Shown here: positions 1 to 13,558 of the stretch, piece after piece | Layout: each line of letters begins with the position of its first letter | Position numbering within the stretch: the stretch's first letter is position 1 | Source of the DNA: Batkoa obscura | Lineage: Eukaryota | Length of the DNA: 64,000 nt | NCBI GenBank assembly: GCA_030770535.1 | Contig: JASVEC010000024.1 | Coordinates: 62,001-126,000, forward strand | Direction of reading: 5' to 3' | Notes under the pieces: generated by a model | Seen by the model: only the letters and a program-made list of their open reading frames with translations | What the model was told of the DNA's origin: nothing | The model's database searches: none | Program-made: the position numbers and the translations under genes

Positions 1-511
1 TAATGAGCAAACAAATTCACGTAAGGATATATTTAATTTCTTAAGTATCTAAATTGATTTTTTAGAACCATGGACGTTCGACTTCACACAATCCAGAACT
101 TATCCTTAATAATTTTAATACACGTTTAGGGCATACTATAGGGCGTATGTTTCAATCTCTTTTTCCACAAGTTCCGGAATTTGAAGGAAGGCAAACTGCA
201 ACATTCCACAATCAAAGAGATTTTATTTTTTTCAGACGACATCGGTAACACTATTATTCTTATATGGATTTTGAATATTCTTACTAATATGTTTCAGTTA
301 TGAATTTAAAAGCGGTGAAAAGGTTAATCTCCAAGAAATTGGCCCCAGGTTTACTTTAAAATTGAAATGGCTCCAAAGAGGACTTTTTGATTCTGAAAAG
401 GGAGAGTTTATTTGGAAATTCAATGTATTTATACCTTTATTTTTATCATATATTTTACTAATATTAATATAGGCTGATATGGAGACTAGTCGCAAGCGTT
501 TCTTCTTATAA
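1..511 (+). CDS. RPF1: Brix-domain ribosome biogenesis factor Rpf1, 3' part (exons <1-20, 66-244, 298-424, 473-511)
   Basis: Spliced translation ..[74 protein letters not shown]..|[12 protein letters not shown], with three GT-AG introns. Not in the ORF track. Confidence 0.92.
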
Positions 512-995
512 TAATAGAGTGATGTCATTAATCTGTTTAAGATATTGAAGCGATGTAACTTTAATAGCTAACTATATAATATAAACATAGAACATTTAAA
601 ATTTTGATAATTAAAGTTGATATAAATACATTTTATTTTATTTTATTACTTAAAATTAGTTTAAAGGCTAAAGGATTTTCATTATTTTAATGTATTACTG
701 ATTTTTCATATTGTTATAAATCCCATAATATATGTTTCATGTCTTTTTTATGTTGGATATAGAATTAAATAAAGCCAAATTATCACCTTGTAACTGAAAC
801 TTTTATAAGGTTAAAGATTACTATTAAAATCTCAAAAAAATTTGCTAAATCTAACATTTACCAAATTTGAGAAACTGTCCAATTAAAGTTAAAATTTCTT
901 TTATTAATATATTAGTTAGGTAGAATTAATTGTTCTTAACATGTAATATATAAAAAAGTGATTAATTAATTGTAAAATATTTTTTCAACTCAAAG

Positions 996-1976
996 ATGTC
1001 ACTGTTATATATATTAAAAGATGTTTGGAATAATCTAATGGAAAGGACAAAGGTAAGAAGAGTGGTTCTTTCCTTATTCGTTGCTATTATATGGTGTGCT
1101 GTTACTTTACCTGTAGCTCTTAATATGCTATACTCAATAAACGAAGATAAAACAGAAATGATAAATGAATATGACTTTAGTGATCCAGCAGCCAAAGTAT
1201 TAATTATGAATTTTTATTTTCAATCAATAGATACATCAAAAAAGACTGGAGCTATATACATAAACGTATTGCCATCACCTGGATTGTTGGATAATAGGTA
1301 CCGTTTAACTGAAACTGTGACGTGTGATTTCTTTTATAAAACTTTAGTCATGGAAAAAGGTAAAACTTCAACTGCTTTCTCGTTATTAATCCCCTTGGAT
1401 GAATCTTCTACGAAAATGTATCCATTAGAGAAATTAAAGGCATACTTGCCTGTTTACTGCAGCACTAAAGAAGGAGAGACGTATGACCTTATGTTGAGTT
1501 CTGAGAAAGTGTTACAAACTTATGAAAGAACTACCTATCAAAAATTTTATAAAGATTTGGATGAAAATGAGAAGTTGTCTATATTGTATTCTGTACCCCA
1601 TGAAGATGCAACTGTAATATTTTTTGAGTTTGTTCAACCTGACCGTACTAAATTATATTCATTTATCATATCTTTATCTATGTGGGGTATAACACTAGGA
1701 TTGTTTAATATTACCTTGAATCTATTGGTAGATAAAAGAGATCCTATTAGCTGTATAGCATTTGGCGCTACTATTTTATTCGCGTTACCTGCTTTAAGAG
1801 CAACTCAACCTAGTGTCCCTGGAATGGGTTGTTTATCAGATATTGTAGCTTTTCTGTGGTAATGTTTTTTTAATTTTTTTAATTTTTTTAAATTCATATT
1901 CTAACTTAATTTTAGGTGCATTTCACTTTCAGCTCTTTTTACCGTTATTAATATTTATGTATATGCTTTCAGATAA
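996..1976 (+). CDS. DUF4436-like / pLGIC-like membrane protein, copy 1 (intron 1859-1915)
   Basis: N-terminal TM, TCD, YPLE, MWG helix, LFALPALRATQP, GCLSD. Splicing at TG|gtaat..ttag|G gives a last exon WCISLSALFTVINIYVYAFR* that matches the paralogues. Confidence 0.8.
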
Positions 1977-2535
1977 AATTTAATTGAGAAATATTAATTT
2001 TGAGCTTAATTAATACGATATATACATAAATCAATTCTGTAATCCGTTTATTTAGAACTTTAATAAATATTTTAATTTTACAAAAAGTACATAAAGTTAA
2101 ATATTTATGATTAGATTTAATACAAACAATTAGACTAGTTATTTTCAATTGCTTTATCTATTTATAAAATTTATTATCTTTCATATCTTAATAACATTTG
2201 CACTACTTTAGACAATATATTACCTATTTAATTGATATATAATTCTAAGTTAATGTAATATATTAAACAATATTTAAGATGGAAAATATATAATGGCTTT
2301 TAATCTATCAAATAATAAAATTCTATTTGAAATATTTGAAATATTCAAAAAATTTCTATATTTTAGTGAATGTATAAATTCTTATTTATTAGTTAATTAA
2401 TTATTAAATCTAAAAAGGAAATAAACAAATTCTTTGTTCTTATTAAATTTATGAATAAATTCGCCTTATAGTTCTTAATTTAAAGTAATCTTTTTAACAA
2501 CTTTCATCTTTAATAATAAAAACAAAGTCAAAACG

Positions 2536-3477
2536 ATGAAGAAGCAACTTAATGGGTTGATTGGAAATACTAGGATAAGAAGAATTATATTATCTATCTT
2601 GGGTATTGTTTTATGGTGTGTAATTGTACTCCCTATTGCCCTCACAAGGATAAACAAAGCCGAAGAATCTATAACTTATAGCCTCGATGGAAGGACCGAT
2701 TTTGATGAATTCAATGGTATTATATTTAAAGTGAGCTTTCAATCCGTCGATTCATCTGCTGGTAAGATTAATTTGCTAGCAATTCCTTTGATTTTTGGCA
2801 CATATGGTGATAATCTATCAGTTCCCAAAAGCACTATCACTTGTGATTTATGTTATGAAAAGTCAACTTTCAGTGATGGAAAAATTGCCAAACCTGTTAA
2901 ATTAGAAGTTCCAATATTAAGTGGAAATTCTAAGGACTACCCTTTTGAGGAATTTAAAGCAATATTCACCATTTTATGTACGGTTAAAGATGAGCTAGTA
3001 CCAGTTACGATTACCTATGGAAAAGATATACAATCATATAACCCTACCGTCGATATTTCTCCAATCAAAGAACTCACTGGAGAGCTTGAGCATTTAAAAT
3101 CTGATTTTACAGGATTGTACTCAAGTGATAATGCATTAGGGATAGTTATTTTATTACAACAGCCTGTCTCAACAAAACTATTCTCAATATTTTTAATACT
3201 AGTTATGTGGGGTCTAACAATATCTTTGTCAATTGTTACTTTTGATATTATTTTTCATCGCAGAGAAGTGCCTCCACCAATTTTAGCAATAGGTACCTCC
3301 ATGCTTTTTGCTCTTCCAGCTCTAAGAGGTTCTCAACCTGGTGTCCCATTTCTAGGATGCCTTTCAGATATTAGTGGCTTTTTCTGGTGCTTAGCTCTTA
3401 TTGCCCTATGCTCTATGTTAAATATTTATGCCTTTACTCTAAGATGGAGAAGACCAGTTATAAGCGCATCATTTTAA
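2536..3477 (+). CDS. DUF4436-like / pLGIC-like membrane protein, copy 2 (intronless)
   Basis: 313 aa ORF with TCD, YPFEE, VMWG, PPPILAIGTSMLFALPALRGSQPG, LGCLSD and LRWRRP. Confidence 0.85.
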   Translation: MKKQLNGLIGNTRIRRIILSILGIVLWCVIVLPIALTRINKAEESITYSLDGRTDFDEFNGIIFKVSFQSVDSSAGKINLLAIPLIFGTYGDNLSVPKSTITCDLCYEKSTFSDGKIAKPVKLEVPILSGNSKDYPFEEFKAIFTILCTVKDELVPVTITYGKDIQSYNPTVDISPIKELTGELEHLKSDFTGLYSSDNALGIVILLQQPVSTKLFSIFLILVMWGLTISLSIVTFDIIFHRREVPPPILAIGTSMLFALPALRGSQPGVPFLGCLSDISGFFWCLALIALCSMLNIYAFTLRWRRPVISASF

Positions 3478-5571
3478 CTTACAGTAGTGTTGTATTTTAG
3501 ATTTCTCTTTTCTTTCTCTTTTAATAAAATTAATGTTCATACATCATATAAAAATTAGCCAGTTTTGTGCTTTTCTGTATCAGTTGAAAAAATAATTCGG
3601 ATTTTTTTAGAATTCATTACAAACTCAACTTTAATATCAATATTCAATATTAATATTAATATTCAAACTAGCAACATATTGAACATATTTATTAGTAAAT
3701 GTTTTACAAATTAAGAGTAATTTTACTTAAAATTGATAACTTATTTCTTAATATAGAGATGTTTTATATCCAAAATAAGGTGTTTATTTTATAGTTGATT
3801 ATAAAAATAAAGCTCAAAACATAAGTAACTATAGTTTAAAGATAAAATGATATAAAAAAGTTTAGTGCTGTTTTGTTCATATTATACTATATAATATGCG
3901 AAAAAGATTTGTCTTTTGATTTGCTGTTCATTTTTTAAGTAACTTAAATCTTAAAAGCTTACCAGTAAGTTTTTCAATAAAAAGACAAGATCTTTTATAA
4001 GTTTATCATTAAAAAAGTCAAAGTAGTAAAAATACTAATAAAGCTGTTACATAATCCTATGTAATATTTTTCTCTTTAAATTCTTACTTGATTTGTTATC
4101 TTTAATACTTTCTTAATACCAATATTATTATTGAATATTATCATACTTTAAAATAACTTACTCTTTCAAGCTAAATGCTTATTTTTCCAGGTTTAAAAAA
4201 AGCTTGCCAAGTGCAAAATTTGTCAAATACAAAATTCGCCAAGGACTAAATACTTAAACTTTCTCCTGCTTTTTACCCGATAAAGTTGAACCCAATCCTT
4301 AATAAATTGAACTATTGGACATGATATCATTGTTGCTATTCTTTATTTTAACCTTAATTAAATAGTAACTTTCTTTAATTAAAATAAAACTTAATAATTA
4401 AATCTTATTTTTCCACTCTTTTATAGTTGTTTTTTAAGATCCATTTGTTATTATTGAATTTAATAAGACTCAAAACCATATAAAATTTATTACTACCGTG
4501 AAATTCATTATTGGTATTTCACATTTTATTAGATGTTGAATCTGAATCCTCTATTAGAGTCTAAGATTAAATAGTTTATTACTAAGAAGTTTTATTTATA
4601 ATATAACATTAATTCTAAGGATAAGATATTTTAGAAATGAATAACATATATACTTTAGTGTAGAACTATAACTCAATTTTGATTATTTCATATTAATTCA
4701 ACGCATACTGTGGTTTTTCTGTCTTGTACTATTCTATTGCTAATATTCTTTGATTCTTTATTTTAGATACAAACATTATATAATTTTCGAGGTTTATGCT
4801 ATTTGCATTCCTTTTATTATATTGCTTAAAGTAAATCAAATGTCTTGAATTTAGTTAACACTGCTACTACCAACTATCATGTTTAAAAATACACTATAAT
4901 TTTGAAGACCAAAAAAGACTGATAATTTACTAAGTTTTCTAATAGGGGTTTTGATAAAAACCTCACTCAAGAAACATAAAAGAATAAACTAACCTTGGGC
5001 CTATTTATGCAAAAAACTATTTTATATACTAGTACTGATTTGGTTTAAATGTGGATTAACATTTTCAATTGTGTACTTGTTCAATATAAGTTTCAAAAAA
5101 CTATCCTAATAAATTTAAGGAATACAAAATTAAAATGCCCAATCCACATCTAAATTGAATTAGCAATATTCTATAAAGAAGTAATAGCAATGGGCATAAA
5201 AAGGACAAATTGAATAAAAGCCAAAAAAAATTAATCAATTAAACTAATAAATTTAAATATCATAAATAATTTAATTTTGTATACTATAAAGTGATATAAA
5301 TGTTTTTTTATCATTAATAAAAGTAAATAAACAGATAAATAAGGTTATAACAAGAATTTTATCGCCAATAAATTACATTACCCAAATAAGACCATGCTTG
5401 ATAACTTGTTCTTTAATCTCAAGTCCCACTAAATTTGGGTCCAGTCCTGATTTCCTCAAATAAGCATTAAGTTGATCAAAAAAATTAAAATATAAAAGGC
5501 CTCGTTTTTCTTCCTTGATCTTGAATTTTATTTTTTTGCTTGCTTTTTTGTTGTGAAATCGATTCCTAATA

Positions 5572-6423
5572 ATGTCAGATACAACGTCATCCTCCTTTTG
5601 GGTCAATTTAAGGGGTTATAGACCTTACCTACACATAAAAGAGATTTATATTACTTTAATTGGGGTTTTATGGATGCTTTTAATTGTATACCCAGTATAT
5701 TTAGGGATTGCAATGGCGGATACAATGAATCCGTATGCAAATTCACCACCAGGCACAAGGTTTGTTATTTATGATCCAATATTATTAAATTTGAGTACAG
5801 CGTTTAAAAAAACACGATTACCAAGGAACGTATCGGATATTATGGTAGGGATATGCTTTTTTTTGATATTTTTAAGGGTGTTTTTGAATGGTAGAAAAAC
5901 TTTATTACTATTAAGAAGAGTATTTTATATTGTCGGATTTCTTTATCTTTTAAGAATTCCTTTCATGTTAACTACTCTCATGCCACCACCCATCACTGAG
6001 TGTGTGCCAAAAGATCATAAAAGTGTGTTTTTCTATGCTAAACTTTTAATGTTGCAAAAGATGGAATCGTGCGCTGATTTAATGTACTCTGGTCATACTA
6101 TTGCGTTTACAATTAGCTCTCTTATTTGGATTCATTATCCATTGTTTAAGCGTTTTTCTTATTTAATTAATTCACTTCTTGTTTTAAACAGCTTTCTTTC
6201 CGTTATTGGATTAATTGCTTCTTCATATCACTATACCATTGATGTGGTAGTATCTTTCCTTTTAGTCAATTTTGTATGGCATTTCTATCACTTTGCAGTG
6301 ACTACAAATTATTTAGTAGATACCTGGTATGGGAAAGTGCTTTTGTTTATAGATCATGAAAGTTATTTAATTAAGAGAGAACCAGAGTATATTGCATTAA
6401 CTACTGTAGAAAAAATAGTGTAA
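5572..6423 (+). CDS. Sphingomyelin-synthase-family (PAP2_C) sphingolipid synthase
   Basis: Motifs RR-x8-Y-x2-R-x6-T (RRVFYIVGFLYLLRIPFMLTT), CADLMYSGHT and HYTIDV..FYH; several hydrophobic helices. Confidence 0.85.
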   Translation: MSDTTSSSFWVNLRGYRPYLHIKEIYITLIGVLWMLLIVYPVYLGIAMADTMNPYANSPPGTRFVIYDPILLNLSTAFKKTRLPRNVSDIMVGICFFLIFLRVFLNGRKTLLLLRRVFYIVGFLYLLRIPFMLTTLMPPPITECVPKDHKSVFFYAKLLMLQKMESCADLMYSGHTIAFTISSLIWIHYPLFKRFSYLINSLLVLNSFLSVIGLIASSYHYTIDVVVSFLLVNFVWHFYHFAVTTNYLVDTWYGKVLLFIDHESYLIKREPEYIALTTVEKIV

Positions 6424-7387
6424 TTACAACTTCGCTTCTTGAGTCTTATTCTCTTTCTTTTAAAATTTATTGTTATTTTAATATATGTTATTCAATTTTA
6501 TAAAATTAATACTGCTATTTAAGAGCGGAATAATTATTGAACAAGTTTCAGCTTTTAATTCTAATAGAAATTAACTCCTTTTTAAATTTCGGATTTATTC
6601 TCAATTTGTTTGAAGATTAATTACCAATAGTTTAAATTTAGAATTTCGTCAAGATTATCAAAGTTTATAATTTATTAGCCTTAATTTATCATTCAACTAT
6701 CTTTCTATCTTATGATATTAAAAAACCAAATGTTAAAATAAAATACTAGATTAATAATGTAATCACTGTTTTATTTAAATTTTATTTCGCTTTTTAACTC
6801 AGTTTTTATTATTAGCTAATAAGTAAAAATAAATAATTTAAGTTAGGGATGTAATAATTAGTAACATTAAGATGAATTTAAGTTAATTAGGATAGTAGTT
6901 TTCATTATTATATTGATAAGAAAAACTCAAGTTTATTCCTTGATTTAAGAATTAAGCTAATAAATTTTAAATATCTTATTTATCCTCTCATAAATATATC
7001 TACTACTCTGGTTACCAATATTTGTATTAAACATTATCATTCTGTGAATAATACACGCTTACTGTTATCAGGGCAGGTCATACACCTAAATTTTCGTTAA
7101 AATAAATCAAAAATATATTTTCCAATACTACTTTTGCTTAGTCAGTGGCTTGACTATTTCAGTCTTGAAATGTTCTTTTTTTATGTTGTTTTTCGGAACA
7201 TCCTTAATATCCTTTGTCATCTTATTTGACTTTCAATACAGCTTAACTTAAATAGTGTAATAAAAAAGTAAAAATAGAAGTAGAGTTATTTAAAACCTAA
7301 ATTAAACATTATTTAATTTATGGTATAAAAATAGAAAACAAATAACGTAATATAAATCAAAATAAGTTTAGTTTAATATAAGATTTT

Positions 7388-7480
7388 TATATTTATATTT
7401 ATATTTATATTTATATTTATATTTATATTTATATTTATACTTATACTTATATTTTCATTTTTATTTTTATTTTTATTTTT
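7388..7480. repeat. (TATATT)n hexamer microsatellite with degenerate tail
   Basis: Tandem atattt units read directly from the sequence. Confidence 0.9.
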
Positions 7481-7571
7481 CATAACTCCTATTTAAAATA
7501 CTTAAACAACAGACTAAGTCAACTTATTTGCTCTAAAGTGCTTATATACTCTTAGTATTTTATTGCTACTG

Positions 7572-8567
7572 TTACTTCTGTAAAGTCATATTATAATACA
7601 GTGAATTCACCTGCTCAGTAATACCATTCAATGGCATTTTGAGAACTGGTACAGTATCATCACAAAGGTTATCAAATGGAATCCCAAGCATGAAGAAATG
7701 ATCTTTACTATCAAAGTGAGTAATCGAATTGATCCCAATAGTATCTTCTCCATTTTCTGAACTACACATTACTGCTTTAGAATCATTGGTTTCAACATTA
7801 GCTAAATAATGGACTTCAGTTGGACCATGTAAATACCCTTTAAGGCTAGATGCTAAAATGGGGACAGGGTCATTGCCATTAATAGCACGAATATATGTCT
7901 TTATTACGGATGAAGTCAACTGTACAAAATCTTTATTGCCAACTCTTGGTTGTCCAAATGTATAAACCTTGATATTTTTTAAGCCTAAATTATAGATAAG
8001 ATCTACAGAGGCTAGGTTGGCTATAGAACCACCTAAACTATGACCCACAACAAATAAAGGCCAAGATTTCAAGTTTGGGTTTTGATCGTATAGTTTGCTT
8101 ATGCTATCACAATAGTATTGTCTCAACCCAATAGTAGCTTCTTGAAAGCCTTGATGTACTTTGATATTTGGACAACTGGTACTGTTTAATTTTCCTAAGT
8201 TAATAGGTACTAAAGTGTCTTTCCCATTTAATTCCCAATTGACCTTAGAATTTGAGCCTCGGAATGCTAAGACTAAAAATTCGTATTTTGTGTTTTTTAT
8301 TAATGTACCCTTCACATCCAATTCTTTGTTATACAATATAGCTATCGTTTCACTATCGGGAGTCAATACTTTACAATGAAATGGACAATCCCATGCTAAT
8401 AGTTTTGTATCATCTGAACAATAAGTTGCCCCAGTATATTGTGCTAATAATTTTACATTGTTGGACAAGCTTATTAGAGGGTTAGGAACGGGTGTGGAGA
8501 CGGATATGGATTGCTTTGCAAATAATAATAAGGGTAGGAATATAGATAAAAGTGAATTGTAAATCAT
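7572..8567 (-). CDS. Secreted class-3 (Rhizomucor-type) lipase
   Basis: Signal peptide, AFRGS, VHQGF, GHSLGG nucleophile elbow, YTFGQPRVGN, NDPVP. Confidence 0.92.
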   Translation of the reverse strand: MIYNSLLSIFLPLLLFAKQSISVSTPVPNPLISLSNNVKLLAQYTGATYCSDDTKLLAWDCPFHCKVLTPDSETIAILYNKELDVKGTLIKNTKYEFLVLAFRGSNSKVNWELNGKDTLVPINLGKLNSTSCPNIKVHQGFQEATIGLRQYYCDSISKLYDQNPNLKSWPLFVVGHSLGGSIANLASVDLIYNLGLKNIKVYTFGQPRVGNKDFVQLTSSVIKTYIRAINGNDPVPILASSLKGYLHGPTEVHYLANVETNDSKAVMCSSENGEDTIGINSITHFDSKDHFFMLGIPFDNLCDDTVPVLKMPLNGITEQVNSLYYNMTLQK

Positions 8568-8854
8568 CTTAATTTTATTATAATAAATAGAAAATAGTTT
8601 TTTTTAATGAAGTAAAATTTATTGCCTTTTTTTATGTGCCTGGCTGATCGAAATAACTTTTTATATTGATCTGCTGAATTTTATTTTATTTTGTTTATCT
8701 TTGGTAAATTTTTGTTAAGAATTAATTTAAAAATTATTTACTATCTCAAACCACATAATAGATATCATAATAATTCAACCTTTTTATTCCTATGTTTCTT
8801 TATTTCATTTTATATGACTATTGAAACTTTAAAATACTAAAGATTTCAAAATGT

Positions 8855-8962
8855 ATATGAGAATGCTTTTTTTGGCTTCATCACTTTTTCCATCTTTTAA
8901 GCACTATTTGAGTAGGAAAATTGTTAATAGAATTCCTAAACAAAAAAAATACACTCCCATAT
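8855..8962 (-). mobile_element. ~105-bp MITE family A copy
   Basis: ATATGAGAATG..ACACTCCCATAT termini; interior matches the other copies. Confidence 0.8.
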
Positions 8963-9552
8963 AACGTGTTTTCATAGTAAATGATAAAACTATATTTTAA
9001 AACTACAACTTTACAAAAAAAAGCATATCAATGTATATTAAACCTCCTTATGTACATAATAATTAAGTTTTATTAAACTTAACTAAATGTCATTGCTTTT
9101 TTGATGACATTTTCACTACTATTTACATGCAGTTATTATAAATATAAAGAAATTATAATTTTAAATATGTAGACTAGAATAAGAGAATTAGTATATAAGG
9201 ATGTTTTTCTTGCTTGGTCTATTTGTTCATTTTTCAAAGCTAGTTAAGTGCAACTTTAAACGCTTAAATATTAAGTGAATTTGCTACATTAGCGATAATG
9301 GACTATATTGGTAATTAAAGTACAAGAGAATTGCTATTTTAGATGTAATATACAGAAATATTTTAGTAAATAATAGTCTCAACAACATGATGCTAATCAA
9401 AAGCGATGATAGTAAATGCCATTTATCTGTTGCCTAAGGAATGAAAAGATAAACAAGTATATTCCTAGATCTTAGCTTTAAAACCAAGTTTACATCCGTA
9501 TTATTTAGTAGTTAAATGAAACTCATTGTCAGTTATAAAATCACCTTTTTCA

Positions 9553-9656
9553 ATATGAAGATGTTTTTTTGTGTTTAAAGATTTTACTAGCAATTTTTCC
9601 ACTCAAATAGCGCCTAAAAGATGGAAAAAGTGATGAAGTTAAAAAGATCCTCATAT
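9553..9656 (+). mobile_element. MITE family A copy
   Basis: ATATGAAGATG..GATCCTCATAT. Confidence 0.8.
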
Positions 9657-10206
9657 AATAATCACCATTTATACTTTCTAAAAGGTCATCACGAAGTCTA
9701 CCAATAACACAAGTGTTTTTAGTCACAATCAACCCTTTATTATTACATTGGAAGTTGGCTGCTTTACTAGGATAAAAGTTATCATAAGACTGAATTTTAT
9801 AAGTATTATCATTAAAGCTTCGTCCATTTGTTATATAAGCTATACAGCTATCGAGTGTATTGCTATCACATAATACTTTACTAGTCTCTTTGGAGTGATT
9901 TAATATAATATCGTCACTGGAATTGATAAAGTTACTATCTTCAATATAAAGTATACATTGATTTTCTAACTCCCCTTCAAAAAACTTAAAGCCTTACTAC
10001 TTATAAGGTTTATACATGAAATAGCAAATGCCTGAAAGGCCAAAAGTTTTGAAATAAGAATAATTCATTGTAATAACTACTAATATACACAAACCAAATG
10101 AAGTAAAGCACTAGTGTAAAAAAGGGATATAAATATAGTTTATAAAAAAAATGGATTTTATAACCAAGTGAAATGTCAACTCATTAATTTATATAATTTT
10201 ATCATC

Positions 10207-10313
10207 ATTTGGGGATGTATTTTTGTGTTTAAGAATTTTACTAACAAATTTTCCGCTTAAATAGTGCTTAAAAAATGGAAAAAATAATGAAGTCAAAAAA
10301 AACACTCCCATTT
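10207..10313 (+). mobile_element. MITE family A copy
   Basis: ATTTGGGGATGTATTTTTGTGTTTAAG..ACACTCCCAT. Confidence 0.8.
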
Positions 10314-10829
10314 ACTAAAATTTAAAAAACGGAGAAATTAAAATTTTTGCAAAAATAAAACATTTGAAGTCATATTATTTAATGATTGATTATTTTATTC
10401 GAGTGCATTACAAGATATTAACAAAAAAAATACCAATTTTAAGCTAACACTTTAATACTGATGATAGCTGTATGATCTATGTGCAAATATTTTTTTTGTT
10501 TTATTATTTCATTTTCAATGTACATAAAATTATGAAAAATTGGTAGTAAAATATTAAAGCAGAAAACATTTCCAAATGTAGCCTAAGTCTAGCGAGAATT
10601 AGCTGTAGTCTTTTAATATGAACAGCTTATAAGTTAATGACAGTAAATAAATCAAACTAAATTTTATGGACCTATAACTAGAACATTTCTAGTTAAAAGT
10701 TAAGGAATAAAATTTAAAATTTTTTGGTTCTATTTATTAGCTTATTCCAAATAATTTTTTTAATTTCCTTTCTAACTACTCTTTGCAAACTTTGAAAACT
10801 ATTTTATTTTAGCAGTGATTTTTAACGAT

Positions 10830-10935
10830 ATATGAGGATATTTTTTTTGACTTCATTACTTTTCCCATCTTTTAAGCATTATTTGAGTGGAAAAATTGTT
10901 AGTAAAATTCTTAAATACAAAATACGTTCCCATAT
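10830..10935 (-). mobile_element. MITE family A copy
   Basis: ATATGAGGAT..GTTCCCATAT. Confidence 0.8.
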
Positions 10936-11711
10936 GTTAAAGTTGAAAGATCAAACTAAGTGGCGCCAGTATCTCCTAAGCCCACATTGCTTTCAATATT
11001 CTCCATTTTATTTGACCAGTTAAAATTTTTGAGCCATTGTAAATTTAAGTTCATTGAAATTCAAAATTTAAAATTCTTAAATTATAGAAACTGTAAAAAT
11101 TGCTTAGTTTTTTTTTGGAATTCCTAGAATTTTTATCTTATTTTAAAAATGTTATGGCTAGGAATATTTAGCATGTTTTCAATCAATATTGAAATAGTGT
11201 TAATAAAAAATGTTAAAATAACGTTTTCCCCTTAAAACAAATAGGAACGCTCTTAAACAAACATAACAAAATAACTAACTATTATCACCTTTTTCAAGCT
11301 CTTGATTTTATTAATAAAATTTCAATTTAAGCAAATAAATGATTGGCTACCCCAAAAGCAAGAAAAAATAAAGTATGCTTGTAACGAAATTGTACCAATT
11401 AAAAATTAGCGCGTAATGAAAAAGAACATTGGATTATGATACAAATAAGAATAACTGCCTTGGCACAAAAAGGTGGGGGGAAGGATTCAGAGGATAAAAA
11501 GGGCTAATTTGAGGAAAACTCCTCTTTATAACATCTTTCACTCAAACTTCAAAAAAGTATTACCTTTTTGAAGTTTTATTAAAGCCAACACGTTCGCTAA
11601 CTTACTATCTTCTTTACATAACCCGTTTCGAGGCCATAAAAGAGTCGGTACCAAACCTAAAACAAATAAGTAGAATTCCAACTCTTCCTTGAAGCAACTT
11701 ATATTTTAAAA

Positions 11712-13344
11712 ATGTCACCAGCAAATTTAATTTACAATAATGTTCCAGAAACTACTGAACCCCTTAAGGTTAAAGTAGATTCTGAGAATACTGTCTATAC
11801 TGACGAGCACATAATTTCCAACTATGTTTATCGTAACTCAAAAGCTATCCGTGATGTCAATGGTAACTTTAAAGTCACCCCAATTAACAAAGCTTATACT
11901 TTTAAAACTGAAATTCAAGTTCCAAAAGTTGGGTAAGTATTATTATTAATTATGGTTTTATATTTATATTTATACTCAATTTAGTTTGATGATGGTAGGT
12001 TGGGGTGGTAACAATGGTTCTACTCTTACTGCTTCTATCATTGCTAATCGTAAGGATATGAAATGGATGACTAAAGAAGGAGAAAAATCTAGTAATTATT
12101 TCGGTTCTTTAGTTATGGCATCTACCCTTAAAATTGGTATTGATGAAGAAGGTAAAGATGTATTTATTCCATTTAATGATTTACTTCCAATGGTCCACCC
12201 AAATGATTTAGTTTTGGGTGGATGGGATATTTCAAATTTTAATCTCGCTCAAGCTATGGAAAGAGCTCAAGTATTAGATTATGATTTACAATCCAAATTA
12301 AAAGAAGAACTTTCAAGTCTCAAACCATTACCATCCATTTATTATCCTGATTTTATTGCTGCTAATCAAGGAGAACGTGCTAATAATGTACTTCCAGGTA
12401 ATAATAAATGGGAACATTTGGAAAAGATTCGTTCGGATATTCGTAATTTCAAACAAGATAATGGACTTGATAAAGTTATTGTTATTTGGACTGCTAATAC
12501 TGAACGTTTTGCCAGTATCATCCCAGGTGTCAATGATAGCGCTGATAATCTTTTACAAGCTGTTAAAAATAGTCATGAAGAAATTTCTCCATCCACTATC
12601 TTTGCTCTCGCTTCCATTATGGAAAATACTCCATTCATTAATGGTTCTCCACAAAATACATTTGTACCAGGCTGTGTTGAATTTGCTGAAAAGAACCGTG
12701 TTCATATTGGTGGTGATGATTTTAAGAGTGGACAAACTAAAGTCAAATCTGTATTAGTTGACTTTTTAGTTAATGCAGGTATTAAACCTACTTCTATTAC
12801 TAGTTATAATCATTTAGGTAACAATGATGGTATGAATCTCTCTGCTCCACAACAATTTCGTTCCAAAGAAATCTCAAAAAGTAATGTAGTCGATGATATG
12901 GTAGCTGCCAATAGAATTCTTTATAAGAAAAATGAACATCCAGATCATGTAGTAGTTATTAAGTATGTACCTAATGTAGGTGATTCTAAACGTGCTTTAG
13001 ATGAATATGTTAGTGAAATTTTTATGGGTGGTAAGAACACTATTTCTTTATATAATACTTGTGAAGATTCTTTACTTGCTTCTCCACTTATTATTGATCT
13101 TGTTGTGATTACTGAACTTATGACTCGTATCCAATTTAAGACTGATGAAATCACTGAATTTACTCCTTTCCATTCAGTTCTTTCTATCTTATCTTATATG
13201 CTTAAGGCTCCTATGGTTCCTCCTGGTACCGCTGTCGTTAATGCTCTCTCTAAACAACGTAATGCAATGGAAAACATTCTTCGTGCTTGTATTGGATTAG
13301 AACCACAGAATGATATGCTTTTAGAAGCTAAAGCTTTTCATTAA
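11712..13344 (+). CDS. INO1: myo-inositol-1-phosphate synthase (intron 11933-11984)
   Basis: Signature motifs [56 protein letters not shown]. Confidence 0.97.
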
Positions 13345-13558
13345 ACTTTGATTTATTATTAAAATAGATTATGGGCTACAGTTATCCTTTATTTTTTGTT
13401 ATTTTTTAAAAATGATTTGAATGTTTACAGTTTAATTATAAGTTAATTTTTGTTATTAAATAAATTAGTTGTTAAAACTGAAATATCAAATATTTAAATA
13501 TCATTCATTTGAAATAAAATTTTCACTTTTAAATTATTATTTATCACAAAGTCTCTTT

